Shown here in pieces: positions 37,701 through 47,126 of a stretch of 52,735 nt of DNA; positions within the stretch are counted from its first letter, which is position 1; the number at the start of each line of letters is the position of its first letter. The stretch covers positions 62,001 through 114,735 of the forward strand of contig JABIHA010000138.1 of NCBI GenBank assembly GCA_018649885.1, written 5' to 3'. The translations under genes were made by a program, and so were the position numbers. The stretch comes from Bacteriovoracaceae bacterium (GTDB lineage Bacteria > Bdellovibrionota > Bacteriovoracia > Bacteriovoracales > Bacteriovoracaceae). The notes beneath the pieces are model-generated. The model was not told the origin of the DNA. It did not search any database and saw nothing but the letters and a program-made list of their open reading frames with translations.

Positions 37701-39440
37701 TCATAATTTGAGTTCTTTTTTGATTGCCTTAATTTCTTCACGCCAATTCGATTGAAGCTTGATTTTCTGAAACTTTGGCCTTCTTGCCAGGTCGTCACCC
37801 AGCTTTTTTTCAAGAACCAGAAGTTTTTCAAGCAAGTCCTCCTCAGAACCTTGAATAAATTCTTTGGTTGCAGCTGAAGCTGTTGCTGCCATGTTGCTTT
37901 GGATCTCTTCACTATTTAAAAAGCTGTCATAAAAATAGTTTGGACTGGATTCTTCGTATAGCTTCCCATTTTTAACCACCAAAAATCTAGAGGCCACACT
38001 ATCAATAAAGGCCCTATCGTGACCGGTTACAATTAAAGTGGCGCTGCTACCCTTTAAAATATGCTCAAGCTCTTCCTTGCCTTTGATATCAAGGTGATTT
38101 GTCGGCTCATCTAGAATCATAAAATTAGGTCTTAGAGTTGAGAGAATGATAAATACAATTCTTGCCCTCTCTCCCCCACTGAGATTACCTATTTTATCGT
38201 GATGTCTATCAATGGCAAAACCGGCACGAATCAAATTCATTTTGATTTCATTATCCACACAGTCAAGTTTACTCCTTAACTCTTCCCAAATAGTGTTTTT
38301 GACTTCCAGCTCTTGTTGCTGTTGATCATAGAGCCCTAGAAAAGTATTGGGGGCAATACGAATTTCACCAAATTCTTCTTCCGCCCTTATAGCTTTTGAA
38401 AGAATCGTAATAAGGGTTGTCTTGCCAACTCCGTTTTCTCCCAGGAGGGCCACTTTTTCTCCTTGTTTGAGATAGAGCTTTTCAATGGAAAAGAGCTTTT
38501 TATCTGGATGACCTGGTACATTCACATCAAAGTTTTTGATTTCTACGGCCATTTTACTTTTCTGCTCTTTGGTATCCAGTGACAGTGTCAGTGAAGAGGT
38601 CTTATCAAGTTGCGTTTTAGTAACTTCAAGCTTATCCACTCTTTTTTCCATGGATTTGGCCTTTCTTGAAAGGTCTTCATTATCATAAACCTTTCCCCAA
38701 ATAGCGAGTCTCTTGGCCGAAGCTTTGATTCGGTCTATTTCCTTTTGCTCTTTTTCAAGTCTCAACTTCCTTAGCTGATCTTCTTTTTGTAGATTAACTA
38801 AAGCAGTGCTGTAGCCACCTTCAAAGTGATAAACATTCTTATCGCGAACAAAGATAGTCCTATTTGTTGTAGTATCTAGAATGGATCTGTCGTGGGAAAT
38901 AATGACAAAAGTGAACTGGCACTGGTTTTTCAAAATTTCCTCGAAGAAAACAAGGTTTTTTAAATCGAGATGATTTGTAGGCTCATCAAAGAAAACCACA
39001 TCAGGCTTGGTGATGAATGCTCTTGCCATCATAAGCCTATTTTTTTGTCCACCGCTGAGACCGCCAATCAAGATATCGAATTGGTCCTCTGTGAAATGAA
39101 GATCCAGTAAGAGCTTCTGAGCAATGTGGATATTTGAAATAGGATCATCTAATTTCTCTGATACGGCTTCAATTATACTCTTGTCCAGTAGGTACTCTGG
39201 CAGAAACTGCTCAACTGACTCTACTTTTAGTCCTCTACGGTAGATCACATCCCCTTTTTGAGGAGTGAGTGTTTTATTCAATATGGATAGTAGAGTTGAT
39301 TTTCCACTGCCATTGTCACCAACTAGGCCAATCCTATCACCTGCCATAATTGAGACAGAAATATCACTCAAAAGAATATTTGAGTCATGGCCAAAGGTTA
39401 AATTATTTAAATCTATAAGTGTTTTCATTACAATCACCAT
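37701..39440 (-). CDS. ABC-F family ribosome-associated ATPase
   Basis: Two NBDs (GDNGSGKST/LSGGQ/DEPTNHLD and GENGVGKTT/LSGGE/DEPTNHLD), no TM, helical linker. Confidence 0.92.
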   Translation of the reverse strand: MVIVMKTLIDLNNLTFGHDSNILLSDISVSIMAGDRIGLVGDNGSGKSTLLSILNKTLTPQKGDVIYRRGLKVESVEQFLPEYLLDKSIIEAVSEKLDDPISNIHIAQKLLLDLHFTEDQFDILIGGLSGGQKNRLMMARAFITKPDVVFFDEPTNHLDLKNLVFFEEILKNQCQFTFVIISHDRSILDTTTNRTIFVRDKNVYHFEGGYSTALVNLQKEDQLRKLRLEKEQKEIDRIKASAKRLAIWGKVYDNEDLSRKAKSMEKRVDKLEVTKTQLDKTSSLTLSLDTKEQKSKMAVEIKNFDVNVPGHPDKKLFSIEKLYLKQGEKVALLGENGVGKTTLITILSKAIRAEEEFGEIRIAPNTFLGLYDQQQQELEVKNTIWEELRSKLDCVDNEIKMNLIRAGFAIDRHHDKIGNLSGGERARIVFIILSTLRPNFMILDEPTNHLDIKGKEELEHILKGSSATLIVTGHDRAFIDSVASRFLVVKNGKLYEESSPNYFYDSFLNSEEIQSNMAATASAATKEFIQGSEEDLLEKLLVLEKKLGDDLARRPKFQKIKLQSNWREEIKAIKKELKL

Positions 39441-39520
39441 CTTTTTATCAATTTGATTGACTCTGCAATCAAATTAAAAAATTAAATTTTTAGAATTCTT
39501 TAAAATTATCTAGCGAGGGG

Positions 39521-39706
39521 CTAGCAGTTTGATGATGTAGTGATCGAGGAGGGCACTAAAACCATGGCACAGCTAAAGCCCGCTCTACTTTCTAAAGCTT
39601 CATTTTCACTTGTTAAAGAAGTGAAAAGACCAGTCGAAATATCAGCAATTAGCTGATTTAAAGAATAGGTTTTTTCTGAATTTGTCATAATCATTAGTAA
39701 GTCCAT
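39521..39706 (-). CDS. 61-aa peptide with a Ser/Thr/Cys-rich C-terminus, unknown function
   Basis: GAGG RBS 6 nt before ATG; own near-consensus sigma70 promoter. Confidence 0.6.
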   Translation of the reverse strand: MDLLMIMTNSEKTYSLNQLIADISTGLFTSLTSENEALESRAGFSCAMVLVPSSITTSSNC

Positions 39707-39728
39707 TTTGGGCCTCTTTCAGTTTGTT

Positions 39729-39757
39729 AGACTAGATGCAAAATAAATTTCTGTCAA
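39729..39757 (-). promoter_or_regulatory. Sigma70-type promoter for the 61-aa peptide and possibly ABC-F
   Basis: TTGACA (39757-39752)-N17-TAGTCT (39734-39729). Confidence 0.65.
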
Positions 39758-39819
39758 GCCACATTAGAGGTGTTATGATTAATTTACAGGCATTTAAAAG
39801 GCACTTCAGAGGAGCTCTG

Positions 39820-40443
39820 GTGACATTTGAGCAGGCAATTGGATACTTGGGATCAGTCTTGGTCGCTCTATCCATGATGATGAAAAATTTTAAAACTTTG
39901 AGGTATGTGAATCTTCTTGGTGCCAGTACTATGGCATGTTACGGGATTATTCTTAAGGCCTACCCAGTTTTTGGATTAAATTTATTTATTGTTTTGATCG
40001 ATCTTTATTACCTCTACAAAATTCATACCAGTAAAGAGTACTTTACTCTCAATGAAACTTTTAAAGGAGATGAATATTTTCTTCAGCAGTTTTTTGAGTT
40101 TTATAAAAATGACATCGCCCGTTTCTTTCCCCATTTTGATTTTGGCTCAATTAAAAACTACCAAACGATTTTGATCGCTAGGGATTTAAGGCCAGTTGGT
40201 TTTTTTATTTATCAGATACTAGAAGGTGGAGTTCTTCAAATTGAGTTAGACTATGCATGCAGTGAATTTAGAGATAAAAAAAATACACAATATGTACTCG
40301 ATAGAAAAAATGCTGACTTCAAAAGCCTTGGAGTTCACACCTTGATTTCCAGACCCGAACATCCACTGCACACAAAATTCTTAAAAAAAGTGGGGTTTCA
40401 TCAGAATCCCGAGACACCTGAAATATTCGAAAAGTTAATTTAA
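39820..40443 (+). CDS. YgjV-like membrane protein with a soluble C-terminal (GNAT-like) domain
   Basis: IGYLGSVLVALSMMM, LRYVNLLG, AYPVFGLN; GAGGAG RBS before GTG 39820. Confidence 0.75.
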   Translation: MTFEQAIGYLGSVLVALSMMMKNFKTLRYVNLLGASTMACYGIILKAYPVFGLNLFIVLIDLYYLYKIHTSKEYFTLNETFKGDEYFLQQFFEFYKNDIARFFPHFDFGSIKNYQTILIARDLRPVGFFIYQILEGGVLQIELDYACSEFRDKKNTQYVLDRKNADFKSLGVHTLISRPEHPLHTKFLKKVGFHQNPETPEIFEKLI

Positions 40444-42083
40444 AGGGCTGTGCAGTTTTTCTTAAAGAGCTTTGTCATATCATTTTGTAAAAATAATTTT
40501 TGATAGCGACTCATATACATGCATGCTGATTTCTTTTCTCCTGCATTTAATTTTGCCAGCGAGATATTTCTAAGGGCTATTGTATTAAATGGTGTGCTTT
40601 CAAGTAGTGGAGTTAAGATCTCACTGGCCTTAATATACTTTTTTTGACTAATGAGGACATAGGATAGGTGGGTACAGGCGCGCCAGTTTTCAGGGTAGAT
40701 ATGGCAGGCCTTCGCCAGTTTGGCAGTATCTCGGTTCTTCCCATTAGTTTGGAGATGAGAATAGATTGAGGTTCCCCAAATAATGACGAGAGCTATGCCG
40801 AGGGGGTAGGGCCAAAGAGAATGGTTTTTTACTTCTGTAGCTTCTAAAAGCCCAAGAAAGTAGGATAGGGAAACTGCCATCAATAAAACCGTGTGAGCTG
40901 ATTCAAGTGGGAATTGAAATAGTGCCTCGCCTAAAAAAAAGAGGGTCAATATTTCAAATAGTGTTTGATCCGGTTTTTCGATTCTTTTCCAAATAAAAAT
41001 CAGCATTCCTATTAAGAGTACCATTAGCCCTGTTGTTACCAATATCCCCTCTTCAATGAGTAGTTTCAAAAACTCGTTGTGTGGGGTAAACCAAAGACTT
41101 TTTTGTGGCAGCCTAACTCCTCTTTTTGCTAAATAAGGTAGAATCGAAAATTCAAACTGATTACTGCCGACTCCTAGGGGGTGGTGATAAATATGATCAA
41201 GTGAGGCCATGGCAATGGCCCACCTCGCCTCGATACTTCCCATCGCCTTTTGGTTTTGTTTTTGAAGCTTGATATCGCTAACACTATTTACATGGCCTGT
41301 GGGAAGAGGAGATTTCTTAAATTTATAGACAAAACTGATACAAAGAATCAGTGAAATCAAAGTAGTTTTGATTCGGTTTTTTCCACTAAAAGAAAATGTC
41401 GACCACAAGAGCCCTAAAATCACAAAGAGGTTTACTGATCGGCATTGAAGAATCGCCAGATAAATGGCAATGGCACTTACAATCCCCCAGCCGAGTAAAG
41501 TTACCTTGGAGTGGCTTTTTGTATGAGAATAAATACTCACCAGAAGTGTTAATCCTAAAAACTCAGCAAATAAATTTGAATTACCTAGTGTTGCCGAAAT
41601 GAGTTGTGCGCTGGCCAAGTTAAGAGATGATTCTTGGGAAATATGAAAGACCACACCCAGCAGGATTAAAAAAAGACTTGTTCCTTGAAGAGCATGTGTA
41701 AGTGTTATCAAATTTATTTTTTCACTTTTAAAAAGTTGGAAAAAAATGAAAACATAGATGATAAAGCTAATTCTATATAAGAGAATATGAGACCACTGGC
41801 CAGATGCAAGAAAAATTGAAATAAGTGTAGTGACAGCAAAAATTGATAGAAAGCACAACGCATCCAAATTGGGGATTTTGGGAATATAGATTTTTTTTGT
41901 AAAAAGAAGAAGTGATCCCAATAGAAAAAAGCAGAAAAAATAGAAATCCCACTTGGGAATATTGAAGTAATCATAGCTGTAATTTGAAACCATAAGTGGT
42001 GTTATGGTGATGGGAAGAAGTGCCAAGGCCTTAACCAAAAACCGTCTCAAATTTAGGAGATCATCTCGTAGCGAATTAGACAT
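40440..42083 (-). CDS. O-antigen ligase / PglL-like O-oligosaccharyltransferase family protein with a C-terminal TPR
   Basis: About 12 TM; ATLGNSNLFAEF, HPLGVG, PHNEFLKLLIEEG (Wzy_C), LFQFPL. Confidence 0.75.
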   Translation of the reverse strand: MSNSLRDDLLNLRRFLVKALALLPITITPLMVSNYSYDYFNIPKWDFYFFCFFLLGSLLLFTKKIYIPKIPNLDALCFLSIFAVTTLISIFLASGQWSHILLYRISFIIYVFIFFQLFKSEKINLITLTHALQGTSLFLILLGVVFHISQESSLNLASAQLISATLGNSNLFAEFLGLTLLVSIYSHTKSHSKVTLLGWGIVSAIAIYLAILQCRSVNLFVILGLLWSTFSFSGKNRIKTTLISLILCISFVYKFKKSPLPTGHVNSVSDIKLQKQNQKAMGSIEARWAIAMASLDHIYHHPLGVGSNQFEFSILPYLAKRGVRLPQKSLWFTPHNEFLKLLIEEGILVTTGLMVLLIGMLIFIWKRIEKPDQTLFEILTLFFLGEALFQFPLESAHTVLLMAVSLSYFLGLLEATEVKNHSLWPYPLGIALVIIWGTSIYSHLQTNGKNRDTAKLAKACHIYPENWRACTHLSYVLISQKKYIKASEILTPLLESTPFNTIALRNISLAKLNAGEKKSACMYMSRYQKLFLQNDMTKLFKKNCTAL

Positions 42084-42259
42084 AGAAAAATTATATCATC
42101 GCCAGAAAATCTGTGTGACTTGCCGGCAGGAATCGTGCTATCTACCTGTAATGACAAGACAAATGTGACTGTTGCATATTTGGTCACCCCTTGTACATAT
42201 TTCAAATAGCTCAGGTATTGAGATGTAGTGGACTACAATAATAAGGAGAGGTTATTCAG

Positions 42260-44458
42260 ATGCTTGGGAAGTTATTTAAGATCATTGTACTTTATGTCTT
42301 TGGTGCTTGCGCTTATGCAGGCTTAGCGCCCACGTCTTCGATTGTCTTACCCACAGATTTATCCATCCACAGGTTATCTGAAATAGAAATTACTTTTAGC
42401 ACTAAACTTATATCAATTCTTGGAAAGGCCGCTAAATCAAATAAAGCATTTTTTAGTATTGTCAGAGGTGGAGGTCGCTTGCGCTCAAGTGAGCTGAAAT
42501 CTGATGATCGTGGTCTTGTTGAGAATACTTACTATCACGACGGAGTAAATGAAGATCAAGTGCTGATAAGAATAAAGTCAGGCGTTACCACCGAATATTT
42601 AACAATAAATATTAAACACCCAGTCCCCTATACTGGGACCATTAGTTTTGAGAACTCGAGATTGTATTCACAGTCTTATACCGAATTAGCAAATGGAAGT
42701 AATCAAACCCAAATTACTCTCGAAATCAGAGATGAGCAGTCAAAAATTATTGAGCAGGCTTACGGACTCAGGCCTCGTCTTGTTTGTGACTCAAATACAT
42801 TGGGTGAGTTCGTGATAAGTGACCCGGGTGTATACAGCTACAATTTTGATTTTGGTGATGAACAACGTAGCTACAATTGCAGTGCAAAGTTTAGAGATGG
42901 GATTATTAGGCTTGATAGTAATCTTGATTCAATTCCACTTATTGATCCACACAGTTTGGATATGAGCTCACTTGGCACAATTGGAAGCGAAGTCACAATT
43001 GCCTTCACTTTGAAAGACGAATTTAGCCATGACTTGAGATCCACCCATGGTTTAAATTTTAGTATTAACTCTTCAGTTGGAGGAACGTTTTCAGGGGTTA
43101 CTTTTGATGGTGGAAAATTTATCACAACTTTCTATCCGCCCCAAGGAGCTGGAACAGGGGAAGTAGAGCTTGTTGTTAATGGCACTCTAATGCTAAGCAG
43201 ACCCTCTATTTCATATGAAAATATCCAAATCGATTTTAGAAAATCAAAGATTAGTATCGATAACCCGAAGTTCAACCCCTACGTTGAAACATTCAAAACG
43301 ATTCGTATTGAACTAATAGATGTGGAAGGAAATCCCGTAGCTAGGTTGGGAAGCCGTGTTGTGCTCTCTGGTACTGTTGATGGAGCAGGAGAGTTAGATG
43401 AATTTTCCATTCGTGAAGGTTTGATTGAAGTGAATTATCATCCACGATTTTTTGAGTATCAAAGCACTCTCACGCTTTATGCTGGAGCAGATCAAATTGG
43501 AGATAGTATAGAAATTCAAACCGATCTTTCACCTGAAAGAGATGATATTTTAAATTTAAGATATTTCTCTGGACTTCAAGGTGATTTCATACAATTTAGC
43601 CGAGTAGAAGAAAAAATCATAGGCTTTTTATTTAAGAATTCGGGACCAAATAAGATCATGCCTCATCACCTGAGGGCCCCAGATGAAACCAAAGACGATT
43701 TTACTCCCCATCGCCTTTTTAATTTTAGTTTTTTAGATCGGGCGAGACAAAATTTAGTACTTTGGATAAGTGATTCTCCTACACACTTGAATAGCTCTAA
43801 TATGGAATCGACTTTTACCTTTTTTCCACGTCTCAAGCTTCCGCAGCTAGAGCAAGGAGATGATGAGCTCACCATTACTTTGCCTACCAAAGAAAAAGTG
43901 GTGATAAATAAAAATGGAGAAATCATTTCAGGTGTTCTTGAAGAAGGGCCAATTGATATGTTGAGCTCGAAACTTCAAAGAAAATTTCCTACTATCAGAT
44001 ATAAAGGAGCTGGAATTGTTATTCGGGCCAACCGAAGATCCAATGCCCCCTCTTTTGAAAAATGGAATGGCACAGACGTTGGTGGTGACTTTGGTAATAG
44101 TGGTGAAGAGTTTGCGTATATTTACTACTATGACTTTGAAAGCGATACTCCTGTTGTGTGCACGAGAAGAAAGTCTGAGTTGTGGGTCCAAGAGGATATA
44201 AGACCCATTCCTTTTAAATTTAAAACAGATCAATTATTTTATGATTACCTTGAAAAAAATTGCCAGTGGGATGTAAGTGAGATCTTGAAAGATTCTTTTG
44301 AAGAAAAAGAGACAATACTTGATGTGATCTCAAACTTACTTCCTAGCTTTGATGATGATGATGATGAAGAAGCAGTAGCAGATCCCACTCCTGAAGCTGA
44401 CCCTACTCCCGCCCCTACTCTCTGGGAGAGCATTATGGAAGGAATTGGGGACCAGTAG
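42260..44458 (+). CDS. Large secreted beta-rich protein with Ig-like (invasin/Big-type) repeats and an acidic Pro-rich tail
   Basis: Signal peptide; repeated ITLEIRDEQ/FTLKDEFSH/IELIDVEGNP strands; tail DDDDDEEAVADPTPEADPTPAPT. Confidence 0.65.
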   Translation: MLGKLFKIIVLYVFGACAYAGLAPTSSIVLPTDLSIHRLSEIEITFSTKLISILGKAAKSNKAFFSIVRGGGRLRSSELKSDDRGLVENTYYHDGVNEDQVLIRIKSGVTTEYLTINIKHPVPYTGTISFENSRLYSQSYTELANGSNQTQITLEIRDEQSKIIEQAYGLRPRLVCDSNTLGEFVISDPGVYSYNFDFGDEQRSYNCSAKFRDGIIRLDSNLDSIPLIDPHSLDMSSLGTIGSEVTIAFTLKDEFSHDLRSTHGLNFSINSSVGGTFSGVTFDGGKFITTFYPPQGAGTGEVELVVNGTLMLSRPSISYENIQIDFRKSKISIDNPKFNPYVETFKTIRIELIDVEGNPVARLGSRVVLSGTVDGAGELDEFSIREGLIEVNYHPRFFEYQSTLTLYAGADQIGDSIEIQTDLSPERDDILNLRYFSGLQGDFIQFSRVEEKIIGFLFKNSGPNKIMPHHLRAPDETKDDFTPHRLFNFSFLDRARQNLVLWISDSPTHLNSSNMESTFTFFPRLKLPQLEQGDDELTITLPTKEKVVINKNGEIISGVLEEGPIDMLSSKLQRKFPTIRYKGAGIVIRANRRSNAPSFEKWNGTDVGGDFGNSGEEFAYIYYYDFESDTPVVCTRRKSELWVQEDIRPIPFKFKTDQLFYDYLEKNCQWDVSEILKDSFEEKETILDVISNLLPSFDDDDDEEAVADPTPEADPTPAPTLWESIMEGIGDQ

Positions 44459-44555
44459 GGGTAAAATTTCTGTAATTCTTACCGAGTTCATTTAATTCTC
44501 TTTTCATATTACGCACCGAGCAATATCCCTTTAAGTGAGGAAAAAGGGGATGAAT

Positions 44556-45185
44556 ATGAAAATACTTTTAGTAGTAGTGCTATTTGCTATGCAGTCAGCA
44601 AACGCTAAATCTGAATACCGATGCGATGATAATCCAAAAATTATTGAGCTTAAGGAGATTGCCGTCTCTCAAACTGAGGGCCTTCTATCTGAGCTAGCTA
44701 GTTATTTTGAAAAGCCAGAAGTTGTGGCCAGTAAAAAGCTAAGGCGTCGCTTAAAGTCTATCAAAAGGCGTCTTGAGTGCATTTCAAGGCGAGTGCCTAA
44801 ACTTGCTTATATTTGCAAAGATAAGAAATTTTGCGGGAGGGGAAGTGCTTCTGTTTTCTTTCCCAAGCTAAGGACTGTAAATTTATGCCCTAAAATTTAT
44901 GGTGATAAGAAATATCCTTCCTATAAAAATAGGGCCGCAGTTATTGTTCATGAGGCAAGTCACACTTGTGGAACGCTAGATTATGAATACGGCAGACATC
45001 CAAGAAAAGGGTATTTTGGTGTATTTGGTTCAAGTGCAAATGCTGATAATTTTGAGTATTGGGCCAAGAAAGGTTTTTGTCTTCCAGGCTTCGATTGCAA
45101 GGAAAATGCTAAGGGCTACAATCCATTAAAAAAATCTGCTAATAACGTGGCTTCACCAATGTTAATGAAAATGATGAAAAGGTAG
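44556..45185 (+). CDS. Secreted M35/aspzincin-like zinc metallopeptidase
   Basis: Signal peptide; VNLCP, IVHEASHTCGTLDY (HExxH plus GTxD), NADNF. Confidence 0.8.
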   Translation: MKILLVVVLFAMQSANAKSEYRCDDNPKIIELKEIAVSQTEGLLSELASYFEKPEVVASKKLRRRLKSIKRRLECISRRVPKLAYICKDKKFCGRGSASVFFPKLRTVNLCPKIYGDKKYPSYKNRAAVIVHEASHTCGTLDYEYGRHPRKGYFGVFGSSANADNFEYWAKKGFCLPGFDCKENAKGYNPLKKSANNVASPMLMKMMKR

Positions 45186-45350
45186 TCAATTTATGCATTG
45201 CGCGTGGGTAAAAAAGCCACACGCGCGGCGCTTCACTTCAGATGTAAGATCCTGTTATATTTCAGTAGTTGCATGGCCTATAACTTGTGTCTATGATCAA
45301 GCACTTTTATATTTTGACCAAGAGTTTTGGTTATTACTGCAGGAGACTAC

Positions 45351-47057
45351 ATGAAGAAGATGATTACCGCTTTGGTATTAGTTTTAGGCCTTGGAGGCCA
45401 GGCATTTGCAAGTGCAAAAATGCAAAAAGAAATGGTGAGAACCATTGACGCTATAGGGGTTACCTTTAATACCCTTTATGCTCCGGCCCCGTGGAAGAAA
45501 GAATATGCTTCTTGGGAGCTTGAGGTAGAACTTGATAAAGCAAAGTTAGCAGTAACCTCTAATAAAGATATTACTGTTAAAGAATTTCAGTTGGTTCTTA
45601 GAGATTTTTTCCACTCTACAAAAGATTATCACGTAGGTTTTTCTTTTTATGCAACAGAGTCAGCGACTCTTCCGCTTACTATTAGAGGAGCTGAGGGAAG
45701 ATACTTTATCGTTGAAATAGATAGAAAGAAACTCTCTGAAGCAAGCTTTCCCTTCAAGCCTGGTGATGAAGTTGTAAGTTTTGGTGGAGAAGATATCGCA
45801 ACTGCTGTTAAGGGAGTGAGAGCTCAGGGTGAAAAAAATGTTGACCTTACTGACCAAGCAATTGCTGAGTTAGTTCTCACAAGAAGAAGGGCTTCAAGAG
45901 CTGTAAAAGTTCCAAGAGGACCTGTTAGTCTTGGGATTATTAAAAAAGGTGCCAAATCTCCAATTGAACACCAACTTGTTTGGGACTATACACCTGAGAA
46001 AATTGGAAGCCATTTTTTCCAAGCACTTGATGGTGCTATCTCTCTTCACAAAGATCCATGGGAAAGTAGTGATAGCTTTAATAAGCTTTCAAGGCTTAAC
46101 TTTGTTTCTGAGTGGGCGATTGACCTAGCGAAAGATCAGGAAGCTGACAGCTTGTGGAAGATCGGCGGAAAGAAATCATTTGTTCCAGCTCTTGGCAAAA
46201 AGATCTGGGAAAGTGATGAGAAAAACCCCTTTGACGCTTATATTTACTTGAATGAAGCGAAGAAGTTTATTGGTTACATCAGAATTCCTTCTTACGGTGC
46301 TGGTGAAAAAGAATCAGTGGCCTTTAAAGAGATTATGAAAAAATTTGATGGCCTGACTGAAGGTTTAGTCATTGATGAGATCAACAATCCAGGTGGATCA
46401 GTATTTTATCTATACTCTTTAGTTTCAATGCTAACAGATCAGGCCATGAGCACTCCAAGACATAGAATGAGTATTTCTCAAAAAGATGTACTTGAAGCTA
46501 TTGGTGAGATGGAAAAAGTTAAAAAAGTTACTACAGATGAAGAAGCACAAAAATACTTTGGCGGAAAAACTCTTAGTGGCTATCCAGTAAATATGACTTT
46601 TGCCACTTTCTACAAAGAATTTCTACAATTTACTATAGACGAATGGATGGCCGGAAGAACTCTGACAACTCCCTACTTCCTATATGGTGTTGACAAAATT
46701 AATCCACATCCAGAGGTTCGCTATACTAAGCCTGTTCTTCTTTTGACTAACGAGCTTGATTTTTCTGGTGGAGACTTTTTTCCTGGAATCCTACAAGACA
46801 ATAAAAGAGTTAAAATTTTGGGAACAAGAACAGCTGGAGCTGGTGGTTATGTACTATCAAAAGATGTTTCAAATCTTTTTGGTCTTTCAAGCTTTTCTGT
46901 AACAGGATCTCTTGCTATCAGAGCAAGTGGTAAGCCTCTTGAAAACCTTGGTGTAACTCCTGATGTTGAATATAAAATCTCAGCATCTGATATGCAAAAT
47001 GGTTTTGAAGGTTACAAAAAAGAAATTGTAAAAACAATTGATGAAATGATTAAGTAA
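45351..47057 (+). CDS. CPAF-like S41 family secreted protease
   Basis: Signal peptide; YAPAPWK, KDYHV (His), IGYIRIPSY, NNPGGSVFY, DFSGGDFFP (Ser), GTRTAGAGG, LENLGV. Confidence 0.88.
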   Translation: MKKMITALVLVLGLGGQAFASAKMQKEMVRTIDAIGVTFNTLYAPAPWKKEYASWELEVELDKAKLAVTSNKDITVKEFQLVLRDFFHSTKDYHVGFSFYATESATLPLTIRGAEGRYFIVEIDRKKLSEASFPFKPGDEVVSFGGEDIATAVKGVRAQGEKNVDLTDQAIAELVLTRRRASRAVKVPRGPVSLGIIKKGAKSPIEHQLVWDYTPEKIGSHFFQALDGAISLHKDPWESSDSFNKLSRLNFVSEWAIDLAKDQEADSLWKIGGKKSFVPALGKKIWESDEKNPFDAYIYLNEAKKFIGYIRIPSYGAGEKESVAFKEIMKKFDGLTEGLVIDEINNPGGSVFYLYSLVSMLTDQAMSTPRHRMSISQKDVLEAIGEMEKVKKVTTDEEAQKYFGGKTLSGYPVNMTFATFYKEFLQFTIDEWMAGRTLTTPYFLYGVDKINPHPEVRYTKPVLLLTNELDFSGGDFFPGILQDNKRVKILGTRTAGAGGYVLSKDVSNLFGLSSFSVTGSLAIRASGKPLENLGVTPDVEYKISASDMQNGFEGYKKEIVKTIDEMIK

Positions 47058-47070
47058 AAATAATTGAGTG

Positions 47071-47110
47071 AAGGCCCAGCTCTAATTTTAAGAGCTGGGC
47101 CTTTTTTTTT
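47071..47110 (+). terminator. Intrinsic terminator
   Basis: AAGGCCCAGCTCT-N7-AGAGCTGGGCCTT followed by a T-run. Confidence 0.9.
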
Positions 47111-47126
47111 ATGTGGAGAAGCAAGA

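Noticed and set aside
42224..42237. TGTAGT-GG-ACTACA as a BlaI operator
   Set aside because: Half-sites are in the opposite orientation to a BlaI box and differ from the AACTAA-N4-TTAGTT sites at blaI; single short palindrome
47064..47126. N-terminal extensions in the ORF track (also 4855, 12665, 13800, 21431, 24831, 26440, 33618, 35515, 37150, 39736, 45327)
   Set aside because: They run through terminators, promoters or neighbouring genes, or precede a better start; downstream starts with an RBS, signal peptide or family-typical N-terminus fit better
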